A stretch of 64,000 nt of DNA from the human T2T-CHM13v2.0 reference genome, Homo sapiens (GCF_009914755.1 NC_060925.1), one strand, 5' to 3'. Counted from the first letter of the stretch, positions 13,451 to 27,379 are shown. The notes: generated by a model not told the origin, from the letters alone. Numbers and translations: made by a program.

Positions 13451-15834
13451 CTCATGTTAGAAACGTCTCCCTTGAACTTCACCATCTTACGGACACTGGG
13501 AGCGGGGGAGAGAGGGTGAGAATGGACATGATCACATGCTTCCTGGTGGAGTCAGATTTTCTTTTGCCAGTGAGCAGAGAAATGAAGGCTACTGTTCAAA
13601 TAATTTGGGAAAAATTGTCCAAATGCGTAGGCGGGAGGGCGCTGCCTGGGTGACCAGCTGTTCCATGTCTCCGCAGTGCAAGAGAGTCAAGGAGACTGAT
13701 TGCAGGCAGAGATGCTGATGTGTGGGAAAGAGAAGGGCCTTCTGGAGCTAAGGGTGATTTGACACCAGGACAGGCTACTGAGCTGAGCCATGATTCTTCT
13801 ACTTCTGGAATTATTTAAAAATAAGGTAGAAAGGAATAGATCTTTAAAAGTTTAAGATCACTTCACCTGGAGGAAGGGGGCTAGATCAAATGACCAAAAC
13901 AAACAGTCCTTTCACTTGAGTTCTCTGACTTTCATCAAAGGAACATCTCAGTAATCATGGAAATAACCACATTAAATTATTAAAAAGAAATTCTTGCTGC
14001 CTTCCAGTATTGATCACATAGAATGCAATACATGGGGCCCAAAGAATGAATGAATGTCCAACAAGCATCCTTAAAACTGCCCAAGAATGGGGCACATCTG
14101 TAACATTTTTGTTCATCTAAACCCCCAAGAAATGTATCTTTCAATGATTTTGCCAAAGTCCAAAAATGAAGCACTTTCTGCTTTTCATTGAATCTCATAT
14201 GGTTACAGCATAGGGTTAATAAATTCAAAGTTGTACGTTTGACATTGATACAGATTATTTGACTTAGCACATAGGAAAAAGAACCTGTTACACAGTCTGG
14301 CTCTACTCTGCCTTTGAATATGTCCCTATGCTGTTCACAGGGGGAGAGGGAAGATGACTCAATGCAAATGTGTCACCGTTACTGGAAAAACCACTCAATG
14401 CACAGGTCTGGACAGCACTGTGTCATGGCAGAATTGTGGGTCAAACCACAATTAAGGGTAGATGTTCATTTTAGACCCAGCCCTACCACTTACTGGCTTT
14501 GTGTCTTCAGCAGAGATCAACAAGGCGGGACATGACCTTTCTTAGCCTCCACTCCCTTCAAGATCGTGCAAAACAAATCAAGTTTGTGAAAGAACTTTGC
14601 ACAGTGCTATATTTTACTTGTATTCACATAAGGAACCATAGTTCATTACTACTATACAGATCATAATCCCTCAGATCAGACTCTGGCAGGCCAAAGGCTT
14701 TAACAGGATCCTGTTTAGGCTCAATTTCTGGAAATCCCTTTCCTAGTTTCATATGCTCATGCCGGTAGAGATAGGATTAGTGAAATTAAGGAGTTTACTC
14801 ATGAGTAAAAAGGTCTATTCTGGGCCTGATAACAGACGGTAGGAGGCGCCACACACACATTTTCAAACCCATTCCTTTTTTCCTTTTCAAGCCTCAAACG
14901 GGCAATTTGTGGATATTGTGGATATTTTTAAGCCTTTCTTATCTCAGTTTGAGAAAAACTGAGAAGAGAAAGAAACAAGTAAACTGAAGTGCAACTGTCT
15001 CTTAATGGTAAAACCCAAAAACTCAGGGAATTTAGCCCAGTTCTCCCTCCTATTATACAAGGAGAGATCCAGTCAGTGAAATGATTCCATAAACTGAGCA
15101 GGGACCAGCGCAGTGGTTCTGCACTTTTCTGGCATCAAGTGATCCCTTTGGGAATTTGATGAAAGCATGGTCCATCTCTCAGGAAAATGATCGTACAAAA
15201 TCTGTGCACCATTTCAGGGAGTTCATGGATCCTCTAAAGACCTATTAAAGACCCCTTCCATGACCTCCACGTTAAGAAGTTGGGGCTGAAGAGGGCATGT
15301 GTTGGATGAGACTCTTCACTGTAACAAAGCTGTCATCTTGGAGTTACATCACAAATTTACCAGTTAGTGGCAGTGTCCTAAAGTTGGGGAAGAATCACTG
15401 TCCTATAGAAACCCACGTCCTAATATGCCTGTATACTGTTTCTGATTTCTATCTAGCCTAAATTCTACTGCAATTTAGGGTCAATTCTTTCTTCTGTTGC
15501 TTTGATTGATGACAGAGAACAGCTGGGATCTGTTTTCTACGTGACTAACCCTTTAGAGATGTGAAGGAACTATTTTGGGGCTAGGAAGTTAATTAGGCAG
15601 TAGGATATTTGGTAGAAGGTCTTTAAAAAGAGGAAGGCCCCACCTGTCCGAACTCTGAATGGGCTGGCCTGCCTGGAAAGCAGGGAAGGAATGAAATCAT
15701 TGAAACCACATGGACAGAATGGCAGCCACCGTGACCTCTTCTGTCCATTTAGAATACTCCCGACTTCAAAAATTAGTACATTTTAGCTAAGTGGAGGAAA
15801 CAAGAGGGAAGTCAGATTTAGATTAGAATAAAAA

Positions 15835-15840
15835 TTTATT
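15835..15840 (-). terminator. EIF2D polyadenylation signal AATAAA
   Basis: tttatt on + strand, ~110 nt after the EIF2D stop. Confidence 0.85.
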
Positions 15841-15949
15841 TTTGTAAAGAATTATATTTTGTATTTGCAAAAGCTGAAAATGCTCATAAAAATTACCAGC
15901 CCAGAGCTTGGATTTCCACCGGATCCACCACGTGAGACAAAAGAGTCTG

Positions 15950-16020
15950 TCACTTCTTCTTGCCAGGTTTGAGGGCCTTTTCTAGACCTTGGATGTGTTT
16001 TCGAGGGAGCTGATACTCTT
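15950..16020 (-). CDS. EIF2D: EIF2D exon 15 (last coding, stop TGA)
   Basis: EEYQLPRKHIQGLEKALKPGKKK*; gtag| acceptor. Confidence 0.96.
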
Positions 16021-16987
16021 CTACAATCCAAAAAGCACACACTCCTCAGCGGAGCATGACCTTGCTCCCCGGCTGGCCCTCCACCAGTCCCCGTTGCCTC
16101 ACAATGTCATTCCACCCAGCTCAAACTCAACTTCGGGACTGACCACTTACGCCTACACCTCACAGCTGATGTGTATATTTCTGAAATTTTCACACTGAGA
16201 GCTACTTTCTGGGTGTATTTCAGGCATTTATAATTTTTTCACGAGAGAGAATGTGTCTGTTCAGTCTGTGCTCCTCGCTCTTGCTCATAACATTTCTTCT
16301 CAGTACCTTGTATGGGGTTCTTCACATAAAGAGGCTCAACTCTAGAAGTTAACTGTCAGGTACTGCCATAGGCCATGGAATACATTTGCCTAAATGAGCA
16401 CTTACTATCCGCCAGGCCCTGAGGATGAAAAAGGCAAGGTTTCTGGCTCATGCAGCTCAGTCTGGCAGGAGGTTCAGACATTAGAAAAAATTAGCCAAGC
16501 TGCAGACATTAACCGGAAATATAAACACAATTGGAAAGTGCTACATTAGCAATGTTTAAAATGCTAATTTAGGCTCAGGCCTCCCAGGACCCCTGGGCTG
16601 GGCCAGTGAGCCTCTGAGGTCAGGTGGGCTTGGGCGTGGGAGGGCATCTTAGGCAAGGGGATAGCCCAGGCGGAAGCACATGTGGGTGAACATGCAAGGA
16701 GAATCTGGAGAACTGCAAGGAGACCAGGACAGCTGGTGCCTGCAACATGGGTGTAGGAGCTGCCAGAGAGAGCCTGGCAGGGAAGGCTGGGGTCAGGCTG
16801 GGAGGGTCTTGTTTATTGAGCTTAGGAGTTAATTCTGAAGGCATTGAAGAGGCATACAAAGTTTTTTAGAAGGGAGTGATGTGATCATATTTGTTTAAGA
16901 AAGCTGACTCAGGCAGAGATGTGAAGGCTGGTTTGAAGTGAGGAAAAACGGGAGGCTGGGTTACCCAGAGTTAGTAGAAAGAACTTA

Positions 16988-17339
<352 letters not shown>

Positions 17340-17641
17340 TCACTCAAGAGTCAGAGGATCTCAGGGCAAGGTACGGAACCTCTCTGGGCCTCAGTTTCCT
17401 CATCTGCAAAACAGATAACAGCTCTGCAGCATCATTATGATTAAGAGAGATGCCTGCAAAAACCCCAACAATGGGCCTAGCACAAAAGTTTGGGTGCTCG
17501 CCATATGTTTTATAGAAAGGGACCAACCAGGAAGAAAACTACTCTAATAGTGGAAGAGAAAACACTGAATTTGGAAGGAGCCAAAGGATCTGATTCAAAC
17601 ACTGGTTCCCTCTTCTCTAAATAGCTACTAAAAACTAAATG

Positions 17642-17675
<34 letters not shown>

Positions 17676-17680
17676 GAGAG

Positions 17681-17717
<37 letters not shown>
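17642..17717. repeat. Compound (GA)n(GT)17 microsatellite, EIF2D intron 14
   Basis: Directly visible. Confidence 0.95.
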
Positions 17718-17719
<2 letters not shown>

Positions 17720-17793
17720 TATGCAAGTTGAGTTGGCAGGAAGGTCTTTGCTGAGCTAGACCAATGCCTCCACTCTTCAGAGGGGATGCTCAC

Positions 17794-17968
17794 CAAGCAA
17801 TAGCCAGCCGAGGTGGTGGACCTGGTTTCCCTGGATCTGCACCTGAAGGCTGTCCTTGGCCCCAGGGGCAGGATTGACGGTGGTGCTAGCCTGGCATCGC
17901 TGCTGAAGGATGGCAGCCACTGAGTATGGGTCCAGACCATAGGCCTCCAAGTTCCGGACCACGGTCAC
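17794..17968 (-). CDS. EIF2D: EIF2D exon 14, SUI1 domain
   Basis: VTVVRNLEAYGLDPYSVAAILQQRCQASTTVNPAPGAKDSLQVQIQGNQVHHLGWLLL; cag| and |gtgagc. Confidence 0.96.
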
Positions 17969-19892
17969 CTGGGGGGACAGTGGGGACAGAGACTGACGGT
18001 GGTGACTGCATTCCCTTCCCTCCAGAGGGCCTTCCAGAGCCTCAGCAGCCTTCTGAGCCCCTGTGTTCTCTGATGGTTCACCATTCCTATAACCCTAGTA
18101 CTTTTTAAATCCAAATCACTTATTTTTGTGCTTCTAAATTGATTCTGTCTACCCCATCCAATATATGTATTACATATTTAGAGGGACAGATACTCTCTGT
18201 ATCACACAGAATGTCTACTTCTTTTTTAAGTTTTATTTGGAGAATTCAAAACATAAATGAAAGCAGAATAGTATATAAACCCACATGTACCTATCACCAG
18301 TTTCAACAATTACCAACTCATGGCCAACCTTGATTCATCTATACCCCTGTCTACTCCCCACTCCTCTATTACTTTAAAGCAAACCTCCCCAGACATCAGA
18401 TCATTTCATCTATAAATATTTCAGTATGTATCTCCAAAAGACAAGGCTCATTTAAACATAAAAACAAAACCATCATCACACCTAAAAATAAAGTAACAAA
18501 CAATAGCTCCTTAATATCAACAATCTAGTCAGCAACACATGCATTCTTCTGGTATTCAGCTTCACAAATGACAAGTATGTGACTTTGAGATAAAAAAGAA
18601 AAATGTTAGTGCTTTTAAAATATCACAATTCTCCCCCTTGTTGCTTTAAAACAAATTCTTTCTCATTCATGACTACAGATAGTAAAGTGTATTACTATCA
18701 GGGGTGTGTGGGGGATGACTGCTATCAATAAAGACTATAAAAGCTCCAACTAGCCTTACGCTTATCAATGAGCTCCAGACCCAGAAAATCTTAGAATCAA
18801 TAAGACTTTAGAGGACGTATCTCTTCCAATTGCCCACCTGATGCATGAACCCCCAACTACATCCTCCCCTGACAAGTGCTCACCTAATTTTTGCTTGCAG
18901 ACTCTCCAGAAAAAAATTCACTATTTTATGAAGCACCAATTTCAATTTTGGACAATTCTATTTGTCATTATTAACAGAAAATTAGTGTTTACATAAACTA
19001 TATATATGAAAATTATTTAGTTCAGTGTCTGGCACATAATTAAACACTCAATAAATAGTGACTGTTACTAATTATTGTAAAGATTATCATTACTGGTTCT
19101 CAATTATTGAGAACCAAGTATTTATATGCCAAGTACATTCTAAGTGCTTCAGCCATGTATACGCCTTCATTTGATCCTCACAATGCCTTACCAGGTAGGT
19201 ATTATCCCCATTTTTCACAGAGTAAAACTCAGACAAAAAGAAATGAAGTAACATGCTCAAGGTCAGGCAGTGAGGCAACGGCTGCATTTGAACCCAGTAC
19301 TATCCAAAGCCCACGCTCGTAACTGTACACTACTACAAAGTTCTTGAGTCTTTACAAAGACAGACTCAAGTCTGCCTTCTTGGCATTTCCACCCAATAAT
19401 CCTATTTCTGTCCTTTCAAGGCATATAGAATAAGTGCCCTACTTTGCCAGGGGACAGCTTTGCACATATTTGAGGAGAGATGTCATTGGTTCCCCACAAT
19501 TTTGTGTTGCCAAGCTAAACACACTCAGTTCCTTCAGCAAGTTTTTTACAAGTTATTTTCATTGAGCAAGGCCTAAGAGGTGAAAGAATATGTGGGAGCT
19601 GAATGTCCATAACATAGTTCTAAGAAAAAAATGAAAATACAATCTTGTTTACTTTTGGAACCAGGCTCTAGCAAGTTTCCTAGAACAAAATCCTAGAGGG
19701 CAGTGAGTGAGCGGGGTCAGCTTTACCTGTTTCATACAGAGCCCAGCCCAGGCACATAAACACGGGTGTTTCATAAAAAAATCTTTGATGAGTTTGAGGC
19801 CAATCTAAAAACCTCCAATCACATTAGGGAGACCAGAACTTGGCAAGAACATTAAATCACTATCCTTGAACATTGTGTCTTTCTAAAATTAC

Positions 19893-20013
19893 CTTTTTAT
19901 TAGACGCTCTTTGTGCTAGGGTGATGTCAATTGGACAGATTCTCCCTTTCTTCACAATGGGCTCTTGTCCGGGAAGGGTCACTTGATAGGCAGGCTGTAA
20001 TTTTTCCAAACAC
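19893..20013 (-). CDS. EIF2D: EIF2D exon 13
   Basis: CLEKLQPAYQVTLPGQEPIVKKGRICPIDITLAQRASNKK; cag| and |gtaatt. Confidence 0.96.
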
Positions 20014-20489
20014 CTGAAACAGAAGTTATGAGTTGCAAACTGATAAAGCCAACAGAAACCATTTCCTCATACCCCACTACCAGCAGGCAGTTAGGTGTAG
20101 GCTGAAATTGCAGGTCCACAACCTTGGCTGCACATTAGAATCATTCAAATCCCTAGGGAGCTACAGCCCAGATCAATGAAATCTGTATCTCTGACTAGGG
20201 CTATGTATTTTTTAAAGCTCCCTAAAATGCGGCCAAGGTAGACACCCACTGATTCAAAGATGGGAACATCAGTGACTTAGGCCCCTGGAAACGGTCCACT
20301 GACCTGGCCTTTTGAGAATCTGCCCAGTCTGCCCTGTGGAGGCTACTACCTGTCTCAAGAATGTGCCTTAAGTGGCCCATTGCCTGCGAGTGCTGCTTCA
20401 CATTTCTGACATGTTTTATAGAGAACTTTTACCACGAGGAGTTTCTACCTTTTATCTAACCAAGTTTTCTCTTGCTATCACATATATCA

Positions 20490-20705
20490 GGATCAACAAC
20501 TTTTTCTATAAAGGGCTAGACAGTAAATATTTTTGGTTTTGCCAGTCACCTGGTCTCTTACAACTACTCAGTTCTGCCATTATAGCATAAAACCAGCGCA
20601 CAGACAACACATAAATGGATATGGTTGTGTTCCAACAAAACTTTATTTACAAAAACAGGTGGCAGGCCAGATTTGACCCATGGGCTGTAGTTTGCTGACT
20701 CCTGA
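20490..20705. mobile_element. MER58-like DNA transposon
   Basis: Similar in reverse orientation to the element at 1300-1440. Confidence 0.7.
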
Positions 20706-20872
20706 CAATAAACTATTTTCAGTTATGTGGAAAAGAAGGAATATTAAAAATTTTTCCTTTAAAGACTTTAAGACACTTTTCCCCAGCCTTCTTTTGCTTC
20801 TGCATCTTATTGAAGTTTTATTTTATTTTTTCTTATTTTTTTAAATGCCCTCACTTTAACAGAGTAAGTTCT

Positions 20873-21025
20873 TTTTTTGAGACAGGGTCTCACCTTGTCA
20901 CCCAGGCTGGGGTGCAGTGACATGAAAATGGCTCAATGCAGCCTCCACCTCCTGGGCCCAAGCAATCCTACCGCCTCCGCCTCCCAAAGTGCTGGGACTA
21001 CAGGCATGCACCACTATGCCTGCCT
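20873..21025 (-). mobile_element. Partial Alu
   Basis: Reverse Alu fragment. Confidence 0.8.
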
Positions 21026-21274
21026 GAAGTTCTTATTTTTAATTAATGTTCCTTTTTGTTCTTCCTTTCAAGCTCTCCCATGTCATATTGGCTCAAATTG
21101 TTCCAAAGACCCCCCAAATCAGAGTTCCTCAAGCCTGTGTTTATGTAGACTGACTTGGTATGAATTACAGAAAGAAAATCAAAGGCTAAGATAGTGACAG
21201 TATTAAAGTTCAATGTGATCAACATTAAGGCGAGGGGATAGAAAAGTTGGAGAGGGACTGCCAATGCTCGTTAC

Positions 21275-21370
21275 CTGGTCAGAAGACTGTCCCATGGAAG
21301 CTTCATGACTGTATGCTGTTCATTTTTCTCTAAGATGCAGTCACATAGGATGGGATCCAATCTCACAAGA
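21275..21370 (-). CDS. EIF2D: EIF2D exon 12, SWIB/MDM2 domain
   Basis: LVRLDPILCDCILEKNEQHTVMKLPWDSLLTR; tag| and |gtaacg. Confidence 0.96.
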
Positions 21371-21696
21371 CTAAAGGGAAAGAAGAGGCAATGAAGAAAT
21401 CCTAGACTTGTCCCTTCTGACCTGAAGGCTAATTCAGGATTCATCTCTCGTACGGCCTTTATAGACATTCAGGATATGAATCAATTATGGGCCCACAGTC
21501 CAAAAGGCAATGTACCTTATGGGTGGGAGATACACGAATGCTTTCCTAGGAAAAGCAGGAGGTGGAAGGGAAAGTGAGATGGGATAAATTTGAAGATCAG
21601 GAGCCTTTGCTACTAACTAAGCATGTGACCACAGCTTTCTAAGCTTAGCATCAAAATTGGCTAGTGAGGAAGAAAGAAAGGAAGTGGGGATCTTTA

Positions 21697-22161
<465 letters not shown>

Positions 22162-22197
22162 TTAGGCTGGTATGTCTCAACTTTTTTATCATGATGA

Positions 22198-22519
<322 letters not shown>

Positions 22520-22589
22520 TAAAAAACAATTAATGGAACTCTCTTCATCTGGTAGTTTACCATCTGTATCTCCTTTTAAGAAAATAATA

Positions 22590-22858
22590 CCATAATGGGT
22601 ACAAATATACAGTTAGATAGAAGAAATAAGTTTAGTCTTTGAGAGCAGAGTAAGGTGACTGTAGTTAACAACAATGTATTGTGTATGTCAAAATAGCTAG
22701 AAAAGAGGACTTACAGTGTTCCCGACACATAGAAATGGTAAATACTCAAGGTGATGATACCCCAAATACCCTGCCTTGATCGTTATACACTCTGTGCATG
22801 TAACAAAATACCATGCACCCCATAAATATGTACAAATATCTATCAATAAAAATAAATA
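22590..22858 (+). mobile_element. L1M 3' end fragment
   Basis: gggtacaaatatacagttagatagaagaaataag...aaataaa typical of L1MA 3'UTR. Confidence 0.75.
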
Positions 22859-23177
22859 CCTAAAGCTATGATGACTTCAGTAAATTCTTTGTAAGCTTGC
22901 ATTTTATTCCTCACAATAGCCAATTAAAGATGATTCATGGGTATTTGTGAGAGAATATTTACTTAGTCGGTAGTCAATGTTGATCGTATACATGGATCTG
23001 AACACCCCAGACAATAACTGAGTGTCCACAGCCCATGGTTTGGAAACCACTGATCTTAATTACCTCTAAGATGCTATGGTTTTCTATTCTCCCTCCCAGA
23101 CATCCTCCCCAAATGTGTCTATGTCTGATAAAGACAAAGACCCAATAAGACAGATCTGGTGCTTCTCATGCACTCAC

Positions 23178-23267
23178 TTTTTGTTGTCTGCATCAACCAG
23201 GTCATTTTTCTTGGCGTAGTTAATGACGATCGTTCGGACCTCACTGCCCTCCAGAAAGCTCCCCTTC
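23178..23267 (-). CDS. EIF2D: EIF2D exon 11
   Basis: KGSFLEGSEVRTIVINYAKKNDLVDADNKN; tag| and |gtgagt. Confidence 0.96.
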
Positions 23268-23637
23268 CTAGGTGAGGAGAAGTGACCCAGGGGTTAGTTC
23301 ATGCTGTGCCATGAGACAAAAATGCAGATGCCCAGACTCACTCCCTGCTGAGCAGGGAACTTTCCTTAGCTTTCGGCCTCTAGTTTCTTCCCTTTTCCTG
23401 ACTGAAGTGAGCATGACCATGTGAAGAATAATTACACGCAGAAAAGGGTGAGACCTACTCGTTCATTTAGTCCAGAGGAACTTGCCCAGGGAAGAAGGCT
23501 GGAAGCTGGATTTTGGAGAAGGGGAGAACAGGGGCAGAGCAGGTTTTGCCAGTCGCAAAAGAGCACTACTCAGGTTGAGAGGAACTGTAGGCCAGAACAC
23601 CAAGCAGGCAGAGAAGGGCTGCTCTCCAAAAACTCAC

Positions 23638-23787
23638 TTGTGGCCAGACTCCTGGAAGAGCAGGGTCATGCTGGCTGGGACACAGTAGAGGGGTTTTATA
23701 TCTGGAGGGTGATAGGGCTGTTCCCTGCTACCCTCCTGGATAGTCTGGGAGGTCGGGGAGGGCTCGGGTATGACGAAAGATGTAATC
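23638..23787 (-). CDS. EIF2D: EIF2D exon 10
   Basis: ITSFVIPEPSPTSQTIQEGSREQPYHPPDIKPLYCVPASMTLLFQESGHK; tag| and |gtgagt. Confidence 0.96.
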
Positions 23788-23907
23788 CTAAAACCCAGCA
23801 GAAGGAAAGAAAAAACACATTTTATACTAGCATCTCAGCAATCCCCAGTCCGTGGCCCAGGTGCCCTGGGGCCAGCTGGGCTACAGTGACAGGCCCCCTG
23901 CACTCAC

Positions 23908-24011
23908 CTCGGGTGTTTCCAGTCCACAGCCACAATGCTCTCCACCCCTTTGCTCAGCTCCTTCACCTGTATAATCTGCTCCTGCTGCATTTGCTGCAGG
24001 AACTTAGAGAG
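23908..24011 (-). CDS. EIF2D: EIF2D exon 9
   Basis: LSKFLQQMQQEQIIQVKELSKGVESIVAVDWKHPR; tag| and |gtgagt. Confidence 0.96.
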
Positions 24012-24437
24012 CTAAGGGAGAGAGGGCCAGTGGTAGGGGACTTCATTGATTCCACACACATACTGAGCACCCAGGATGTGCCAGAGTGAGCTAGGCAGGG
24101 ACTGTGCAGGGATATGAGACAGCCCCTGCCTTCATCAACCAGGAACTGGGAGGCCCCCAACCTGAGGGCCAGGGAGCAAGAAGCTGCTAGAGACTAACCA
24201 GTGAGGCCGTTCAGAACTCTAATCAGATATAAAGGGGTCAAAGGAGAAAGGAAAGTGGGTGCCACCAACTGCTTCAGCCCAGGGAGAGTTTCTTTCTTCC
24301 CCCTTATACTTGGAGTCAAAAAGCTTAATTCTAGACTGAGCCTGGTAGACAAGGCTTCCCCAGCATCCATCTGGCTTATGTCATATGTGCCCCTACACAA
24401 CTCTCTGCATGGGTCTGCAAAGAAGATCCTTGCTTAC

Positions 24438-24483
24438 CTTTTTGTAGCTTGACTTCTTTATGTCCAGTTGTCGTCCTTCGGGG
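24438..24483 (-). CDS. EIF2D: EIF2D exon 8 (46 nt)
   Basis: CPEGRQLDIKKSSYKK; cag| and |gtaagc. Confidence 0.95.
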
Positions 24484-24666
24484 CTGATGGCAGATGGAAA
24501 AGGCAAATTAAACTAATGAGCAGTCATACTGGGACCTGCCTGACACTGAGAGGAGGGCCTTTTTCCTCAGCCTTCCTCCCCCACCTTCAGAGAGAGGCCA
24601 CTGTGCCAGAACTCTCTGCCCAGGGATGACAGCAGAGAGGGATGCAGACTATGGGACATTCTAAAT

Positions 24667-24872
24667 CAGTGCTGTTCAAGAGAACTTTCCATAGACGTGG
24701 AATGTTCTCTGTGTTGTCTAACAGGGCAGCCATTAGCCACATGTGGGTAGTAAGTACTTGAAGTGTGACTAATGTGACCAAGGGAACTGAATTTTAAATT
24801 TTATTTACTTTAAATTAATTTAAACTGAAAATAGCGACATGTGGCCAGTGGCTACCACATTGGATACAGCCT
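24667..24872. mobile_element. MER3-like DNA transposon
   Basis: cagccattagccacatgtgg...atgtggccagtggctacc with AT-rich core. Confidence 0.75.
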
Positions 24873-25461
24873 TAGATTCCTCCCAGACCAGACAACCTTC
24901 TGTGGCCTCCAAAGTTGCAACAGCAAACTCACACTGTGGGCAGCCAGGCCTGGAGTGGGGCCCAGCAAGCCGCATCCTGGGGTCAGGTCTGGCCAACTAA
25001 TTATCTACTGTCTATGGTCACATTAGTGCTACAATGGCAGCATCGAGCAGTTGCAACAGAGATGGTGTGGCCTGCAAAACTGAAAATATTCATATTTACT
25101 ATCTGGCCCTTTACAGAAAAACATGCTGACCCCTGCACTACAGCAATTAGTTTTGGAGAGAACATTCCTGATAAAAGCTTACATCTTCTCTCAAAACATG
25201 ACACGCAATAGCAGTGGATTCTCGAGGAGTCCTTCTAGAATCCACCCCAGAATCCTATCCTACAGAATATTCTGGGGCCCCTTTACCATATATTTGCAAC
25301 CCAAGAAAGTCAGAACAGATTACCAAGTATCCCTCCACACACTCCAGACACCACATTTGTACAGGATAGCTTAAAGACACCCAAGTATAAATGGGAAGAC
25401 ATTACATTAAGAATCACTTTTTTAAAAAACCACAGCCAGATTCTCAAAAAGAAATAAATTC

Positions 25462-25772
25462 AGGCCGGACACAGTGGCTCACGCCTGTAATCCCAGCACT
25501 ACGGGAGGCCGAGGCAGGCGGATCACTTGAGGTTAGGAGTTCAAAACCAGCCTGGGCAACATGGTGATACCCCATCTTTACTAAAAATACAAAAATTAGC
25601 TGCACATGGTGGCATGTGCCTGTAATCCCAGCTACTCGGGAAGGCTGAGGCAGGAGAATCTCTTGAACCTGGGAGGCAGGGGTTGCAGTGAGCCGAGATC
25701 ACGCCACTGTACTCCAGCCTGGGTGACAGAGTGAAACTGTGTCTCAAAACAAAAAATAAATAAATAAATAAA
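25462..25772 (+). mobile_element. AluS
   Basis: Alu consensus. Confidence 0.9.
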
Positions 25773-26510
25773 TTCAATCTCAGGGTAAAAATCAATAAGC
25801 AAACCTCCTGACATGATAGTATTTACTGAATGCTTATTATGGTTCAGGCTATGTAATCTTTACAGCAATCCCATGATTATTAGAAATTAGGACTCAGAGA
25901 AGCCCAGTAACAAGCTAAAATGCACATTGCTTGAACACCCTGGAGACCTAGCAGTTGAGTACAGACAGCTCTGTCTTCAAAATCCAGGTTCTATCCACAC
26001 GCAATAATACCACTCCTGATGGCTTGTGTTTTGGATGGGGTGGGCCGGGACGGGGGGTGTTCACACCAATTCTTCCTCCTAATAAAACCTAATGTGGCCC
26101 CCCACATACTTTTCAGAAGTGTGAGGAGGTTGAATGTTCCAGAAGAAGATTCCTGACAAAGAGGCTGCCCTGGGACACTTCCTGCAGAGGACACGCTGCC
26201 CGATTTGTGAGGTTGCCCAGAACCCCCACGGCAGAGGCAGTGTTCACAGAATCTCAGGAATTTTAACTTTCCGGTCCTCAATATCCTTTCATTGGCTAAA
26301 ATTTAAGATTTTGTTTTAACAGCCCAGCAAGCTAAGAATTAACTTTTTAGAACCCAGGAACTAATGTATTTGTCAGATAAGCCTTCCCTCCACTCTTTCC
26401 ACAGCATGTCCCTCAACCAGTCCCTGCATTGGCCCCATCCTGTCCTACTACCAAGGAGCACACGTGAGACCCCGGCCCCGGCCTCCAGCCCACATCAGTG
26501 CTTTCCATAC

Positions 26511-26628
26511 CAGCAGGAGAACATGTGGCTGCCAAGGAAAGTGCTGGTGAGTAAAGGGAGGTCAGCCTTTTTGACTCGGCACTTCAAGGCATGTAAGAAG
26601 CATTGCTGTAACAGCTCATCCATTTGTT
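26511..26628 (-). CDS. EIF2D: EIF2D exon 7
   Basis: EQMDELLQQCFLHALKCRVKKADLPLLTSTFLGSHMFSC; cag| and |gtatgg. Confidence 0.96.
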
Positions 26629-27125
26629 CTGCAGGGAAAAGACAAGAGCCACATCCTTCCTGAGGGATACAGAACACCTGGTACAAGAAAACGACCCCCA
26701 GCTTCATCCCTACCTCACCCACTTGGCTCTGAAAGGAACCCATTCCCAGGTACCAAAGCTCCCAGCCTCTCTTGAGCACTGAGCCTTTAAAGAGGGTTGA
26801 CCCCAGAGAAGGAGTCAAGCCACAAAGTCCCACCAAGCTAGGAGTGTTCACCCAGAGAAGTTGAGCCAGAAGAAACCTTGGAGGGCTTTGTAGCTGAAGA
26901 CAGGCAAATGCCAGGGCAGATTAGCTCCCAGGAAGACGTGACTTATGTGGAAAGGATTCAAAAACAAGATGTGAAAGGGCTGCTGCGCCACCCTCACAGA
27001 AAATAAGGACCTTCCCCTCCTCCCCCGGAAGCTTAAGGGCCATTCTAGTCAGCAGTGGAGTGGAGTTCGTCAGGCTCCTAAATTGAGAGGTGGGGAGATG
27101 GGCTCTTCTCCTCCTAGAGTTATAC

Positions 27126-27379
27126 CTTGAAGCGTTTTGCTATCTGTGGAGTCTTGGTTCAGGCCCCTGGTGCTGGTGTCTTCTGGGGCTTCTGAGAGAG
27201 ACTTGTCTTCACGTGCCTGGTGAACCTCCCCATTCTCCTCTTCCCCCTCCAGGGTCATGTGCCTCATGTCTCCCTGCAGGGTGGAGTCCATCTGGACAGA
27301 CCCCTTCTCTTCACTGAGATCTGCTGAATCCAGGGCCAGTGGAGCAATGGAAGGTGGAGAGGACTTGTTTCCAGACCGC
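27126..27379 (-). CDS. EIF2D: EIF2D exon 6 (acidic linker)
   Basis: RSGNKSSPPSIAPLALDSADLSEEKGSVQMDSTLQ...DSTDSKTLQ; cag| and |gtataa. Confidence 0.95.

Noticed and set aside
15893-15952. Possible stop-codon readthrough at EIF2D TGA-C (18-aa extension)
   Set aside because: Context is TGA CAG, not the TGA CTAG motif; no other support
23421-24089. 222-aa ORF antisense to EIF2D exons 9-10
   Set aside because: GTG start; antisense shadow of coding exons; no homology recognised
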